From NCBI RefSeq assembly GCF_021869535.1, contig NW_026262729.1, forward strand, positions 62,001 through 126,000: DNA of 64,000 nt. The letters are read 5' to 3'. Source of the DNA: Mytilus californianus (taxonomy: Eukaryota). The notes under the pieces were generated by a model. The model did not search any database. It had not been told where the DNA came from and saw nothing but the letters and a program-made list of their open reading frames with translations. Position numbers and translations under genes: made by a program. Position 1 is the stretch's first letter, and every line of letters starts with the position of its first letter. Below, piece after piece: positions 60,043 through 64,000 of the stretch.

Positions 60043-60860
60043 TTATGAATTACGAAGTTTTTCGGAAGCAAACAAATATTTCCCTAAATTATTTAGTTCT
60101 TTTACATTTTGTACTGATAATAACTGAACAAGTTTTAAAGCTGAAGGATTTCTCCTATAGTATTGTTTTATATATCATTTACGTATATCTTCATATTTCT
60201 TACATATTAAAATAAAATGACACTCATCTTCAATTAATCTATCGTTACACATTATACAATATCTTTCATTCCTGTTTACATTATAAAAGCGACCTGTTTC
60301 AATCTGTAAACAATGTGCATGTATTCTATATTTACAAATTAATGGTTTGAATACATAATTAACGGCTGTTCTTGAAAAAAAACAACTGTAAACCATGTAC
60401 GTGTATCGTATATATATTTGTAAAAAATACATTTAAATTATACTTCAAAAAACGATATTGCTTTATTTACAAAGTGATCAGTAATTCGTTGTTTAAACTA
60501 AATGAGAAATTTATCTACATAAAATGTGCCTTGGTTGAACCAAATTTAATTAAAACCATGTATATATAGCATATCTCCTATTTTACAAGCCCAATTCAGT
60601 CTATTGTGTGGCTTTCTACAAATAGATTCTAACATGGTATCATAACATGTTTTTGATATAACATCATCTGTATTTAATAGTTTAAACCAGTATTTCATTA
60701 TTCTACAATATCTTTCTATATACATAGGAAATCTTCCTAATTCAAAGTAAACCATATAATTTCCTGTAGATTTCTTAACTTTCAAAGTTCGTTTTAAATT
60801 TTGAATGCACCTTTTTAATATCTTCTCCTTTGTGAGCTCCCCACACATCACAACCATAGT
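60043..60860 (-). mobile_element. Decayed non-LTR retrotransposon (LINE) ORF2 C-terminal remnant
   Basis: Broken frames encode YFELGRFPMYIERYCRIMKYW, LQIETGRF...RNERYCIMC..IEDECHFILICKKY and LVQLLSVQNVKELNNLGKYL*. This is the CCHC-type tail typical of invertebrate LINE ORF2. Confidence 0.8.
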
Positions 60861-61763
60861 TTAAAATACATGACACGCATGTGTCAAACAACATCAATAC
60901 AGTTTCATAATGATAATAATCATTTTTTTTTATTTTACTATAAAATTGAGAATGGAAATGGGGAATGTGTCAAAGAGACAACAACCCGACCAAAGAGCAG
61001 AAAACAGCCGAAGGCCACCAATGGGTCTTCAACACAGCGAGACGGGCTTCAGCTGCCCTCAACAAAAATGTGTACTAGTTCAATGAAAATGGACGTACTA
61101 AACACTGCTTTTCGGCCTTGATTTGACAACATCTTTTGCAAAAAGTGCCATTAAAATCAAATAACATTCCTAAGTAAATAAACTGATCACTTATTTCAAT
61201 CTTATCTCCATTCAAAAACCATATTTCTTCTGGTTTAACTAAGCCTCTATTTCTAAGAATTACAACTTTTGTTTATATGTATGGAAATGGAACTCTTTAT
61301 AAGAGAATTAGTTAAAAATGGCCAACGTCCACTTCTTCTGAACTTTGGTGGTTAGTTGTTTCATTGGCAATCATACCACATCTCCTTATTTTTATACAAG
61401 TTGGCATATTTGACTTGTTTACATTTGTTTGTTTGGGCTTTGAAAGTGTAATGTAGGTGAATCATTAAGGATATTGTGCAGCTCTTATACGTGTTTATAC
61501 TTAAATTATGATGTGGAGCTTCGAGATATTTGTAAACTTTTTAATTAAAGACAAATTATCACAAAACTGTCAATTATGTTAGGTCCAAATACATGTGGGT
61601 CTTTAATGCGCATAAGCACAAATTCCGCCGACAAAAATTCCACAGAAAGATAAAAGATTGATCTTTTTAAAGTATAAATTTGCAACTCTGCCCAGTAAGA
61701 GTTTTTTGGAAAAAAATCCTAATAATGGACAATAATCTCACCGAAAAGAGAAAGTTGGTATGC

Positions 61764-63070
61764 TTTTTAGCTCACCTGGCCCAAAGGACCAAGTGAGCTT
61801 TTCTCATCACTTGGCGTCCGTCGTCCGTCGTCCGTCGTCGTCGTCCGTTAACTTTTACAAAAATCTTCTCCTCTGAAACTACTAGGCCAAATTTAACCAA
61901 ACTTGGCCACAATCATCATTAGGGTATCTAGTTTAAAAAATGTGTCCGATGATCCCGCCTGCCAACCAACATGGCCGACATGGCTAAAAATAGAACATAG
62001 GGGTAAAATGCAGTTTTTGGCTTATATCTCTGAAACCAAAGCATTTAGAGCAAATCTGACATGGGGTAAAATTGTTTATCAGGTCAAGATCTATCTGCCC
62101 TGACATTTTCAGATGAATCGGACAACCCGTTCTTGGGTTGCTGCCCCTGAATTGGTAATTTTAAGGAAATTTTGCCGTTTTTGGTTATTATCTTGAATAT
62201 TATTATAGATAGAGATAAACTGTAAACAGCAATAATGTTCAGCAAAGTAAGATCTACAAATAAGTCAACCTGACCAAAATGGTCAGTTGACCCCTTAAGT
62301 AGTTATTGCCCTTTATAGTCAATTTTTAACCATTTTTCGTAAATTTTTGTAATCTTTTACAAAAATCTTCTCCTCTGAAACTACTAAAACAAATTTAACC
62401 AAACTTGTCCACAATCATCATTAGGGTATCTAGTTTAAAAAATGTGTCCGATGACCCCGCCCGCGAACCAAGATGGACGACATGGCTAAAAAATAGTACA
62501 TAGGGTAAAATGCAGTTTTTGGCTCATATCTCTAAAACCAAAGCATTTAGAGCAAATCTGATGGGGATAAAATTGTTCATTAGGTCAAGATCTATCTGCC
62601 CTGAAATTTTCAGACCAATCAGGCAACACGTTGTTGGGTTGCTGCCCCTGAATTGGTAATTTTAAGAAAATTTTGCAGCTTTTGGTTATTATCTTGAATA
62701 TTATTATAGATAGAGATAAACTGTAAACAGCAATAATGTACAGCAAAGTTAGATCTACAAATAAGTCAAATGACCAAAATTGTCAATTGACCCCTTAAGG
62801 AGTTATTGCCCTTTATAGTCAATTTTTTACAATTTTCATAAATTTTGTAAATTTTTGTAAATTTTTACAAAATATTTTCCACTGTAATTACCGGGCCAAG
62901 TTCATTATAGATAGGGATAATAGTAAGGAGCAAGAATGTTCAGTAAAGTAAGATCTACAAACACATCACCATCACCAAAACACAATTTTGTCATGAATCC
63001 ATCTGTGTCCTTTGTTTGATATGCACATAGACCAAGGTGAGCGACACAGGCTCTTTAGAGCCTCTAGTTT
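61764..63070 (+). mobile_element. Second non-autonomous Helentron/HINE (pearl/CvA-like) element with an internal tandem unit of about 500 bp
   Basis: TTTTTAGCTCACCTG...AAGTGAGC start, (GTCC/GTC)n microsatellite, unit AAATCTTCTCCTCTGAAACTACT at 61861 and 62363, 3' subTIR AGGTGAGCG, hairpin AGGCTCT-TT-AGAGCCT, then CTAGTTT. Confidence 0.85.
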
Positions 63071-63701
63071 ATATTCAGGCGTGTTTGAGTTGACTGTTTA
63101 GTTTTGAAAACGTATAAAACAATGATATAAGAAAGGTCGGACACACTGTTCACGACACTACATTTTTACTGAAAAAGAGAGGCGAAAGATACAAAAGGGA
63201 CATTCAAACTCATAAGTCGATAATAAACTGACAACGCCGTGGCTAAAAAAGAAAAAGACCAACAGACAAACAATAGTACACACAACACAACATAGAAAAC
63301 TAAAGACTGAGCAACACGAACCCCACCAAAAACTGATTTGTTGTAAAATATTGTATATACATATTGTTAAATGTTTACAATAAGGGAAATTTACATTGTA
63401 ATGTAAATTTAATTCTGACAAGGCTATATGTTGATATAGCAAGATCTAGTGAAAAGTTACGTTGCACATTGGTAGTTTATTTTTTAGAGCATAAATATAA
63501 ACCAAAACTTTTAAGATGATAATTTCTTTATTTCATTTATACATTTGAAGATGTTTTTAGTACTGGTCGTTGGTCTCAGGAAATTATGCCATGCACAGAA
63601 TGAAACTCTGAACAATCTTGAAAAATGTCTTCCAGATTACTGCTTAAATTGTTATACTGTTACATTTTGTAATACTAAAAATAAATACAGGTATACATTT
63701 G

Positions 63702-64000
63702 ATAGCTTTTGCAAGTGGTGTAGTTCATTTAGTATAAAGCTTTAACCGGCAACAGATTATGATGAATAGCTTTTGCATGTGGTGTAATTCATTCAATACA
63801 AAGCCATTACCGACAACAGATTACGATGAATAGCTTTTGCAAGTGGTGTAACTCATTCAATACAAAGCCTTCGCCGACAACAGATTATGATGAATAGCTT
63901 TTGCAAGTGGTGTAATTCCCTCAATACAAATCCTTTACCGACAACAGGTTATGAAGAATAGCCTTTGCGAGTGGTGTAATTCATTCAATACAAAGCCTTT
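63702..64000 (+). repeat. 64-bp minisatellite, at least 4.6 units, running off the window end
   Basis: AGC(T/C)TTTGC(A/G) recurs at 63704, 63768, 63832, 63896 and 63960. Confidence 0.92.

Overview
This is AT-rich eukaryotic DNA, most likely a bivalve and probably Mytilus, inferred from its repeat families and gene content. It is not a prokaryotic window: I found no rRNA, tRNA gene or CRISPR array. I rebuilt four protein-coding genes by hand from GT-AG sites and exon-phase continuity. (1) A 4-exon TMEM47/VAB-9-like claudin-superfamily gene (+, 474-6721, 212 aa). (2) A single-coding-exon RING-less B-box/coiled-coil/beta-propeller TRIM-like gene (-, 11773-13539, 588 aa). (3) A 3-exon secreted tyrosinase-like gene (-, 16263-21462, 487 aa) whose CuA site has lost two of three histidines. 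(4) A 13-14-exon ANK-ROC-COR-Death-Death Roco-like gene (-, 29222-55254, about 1114 aa) with all ROC G-motifs degenerate and two microexons. The window also holds a probable BEN-domain pseudogene, a LINE ORF2 remnant, two Helentron/HINE-type elements, tRNA-derived SINEs with TSDs, a MITE, a 1.5-kb inverted duplication and many dispersed repeats. The most unusual pattern is that each of the three multi-exon genes carries a tandem array whose unit spans a real exon-intron junction. This creates strings of decoy splice sites: 49 bp x about 29, 49 bp x about 5, 59-60 bp x3 and about 139 bp x3. Gene models, domain calls and species are manual inferences; no alignment or database search was run.
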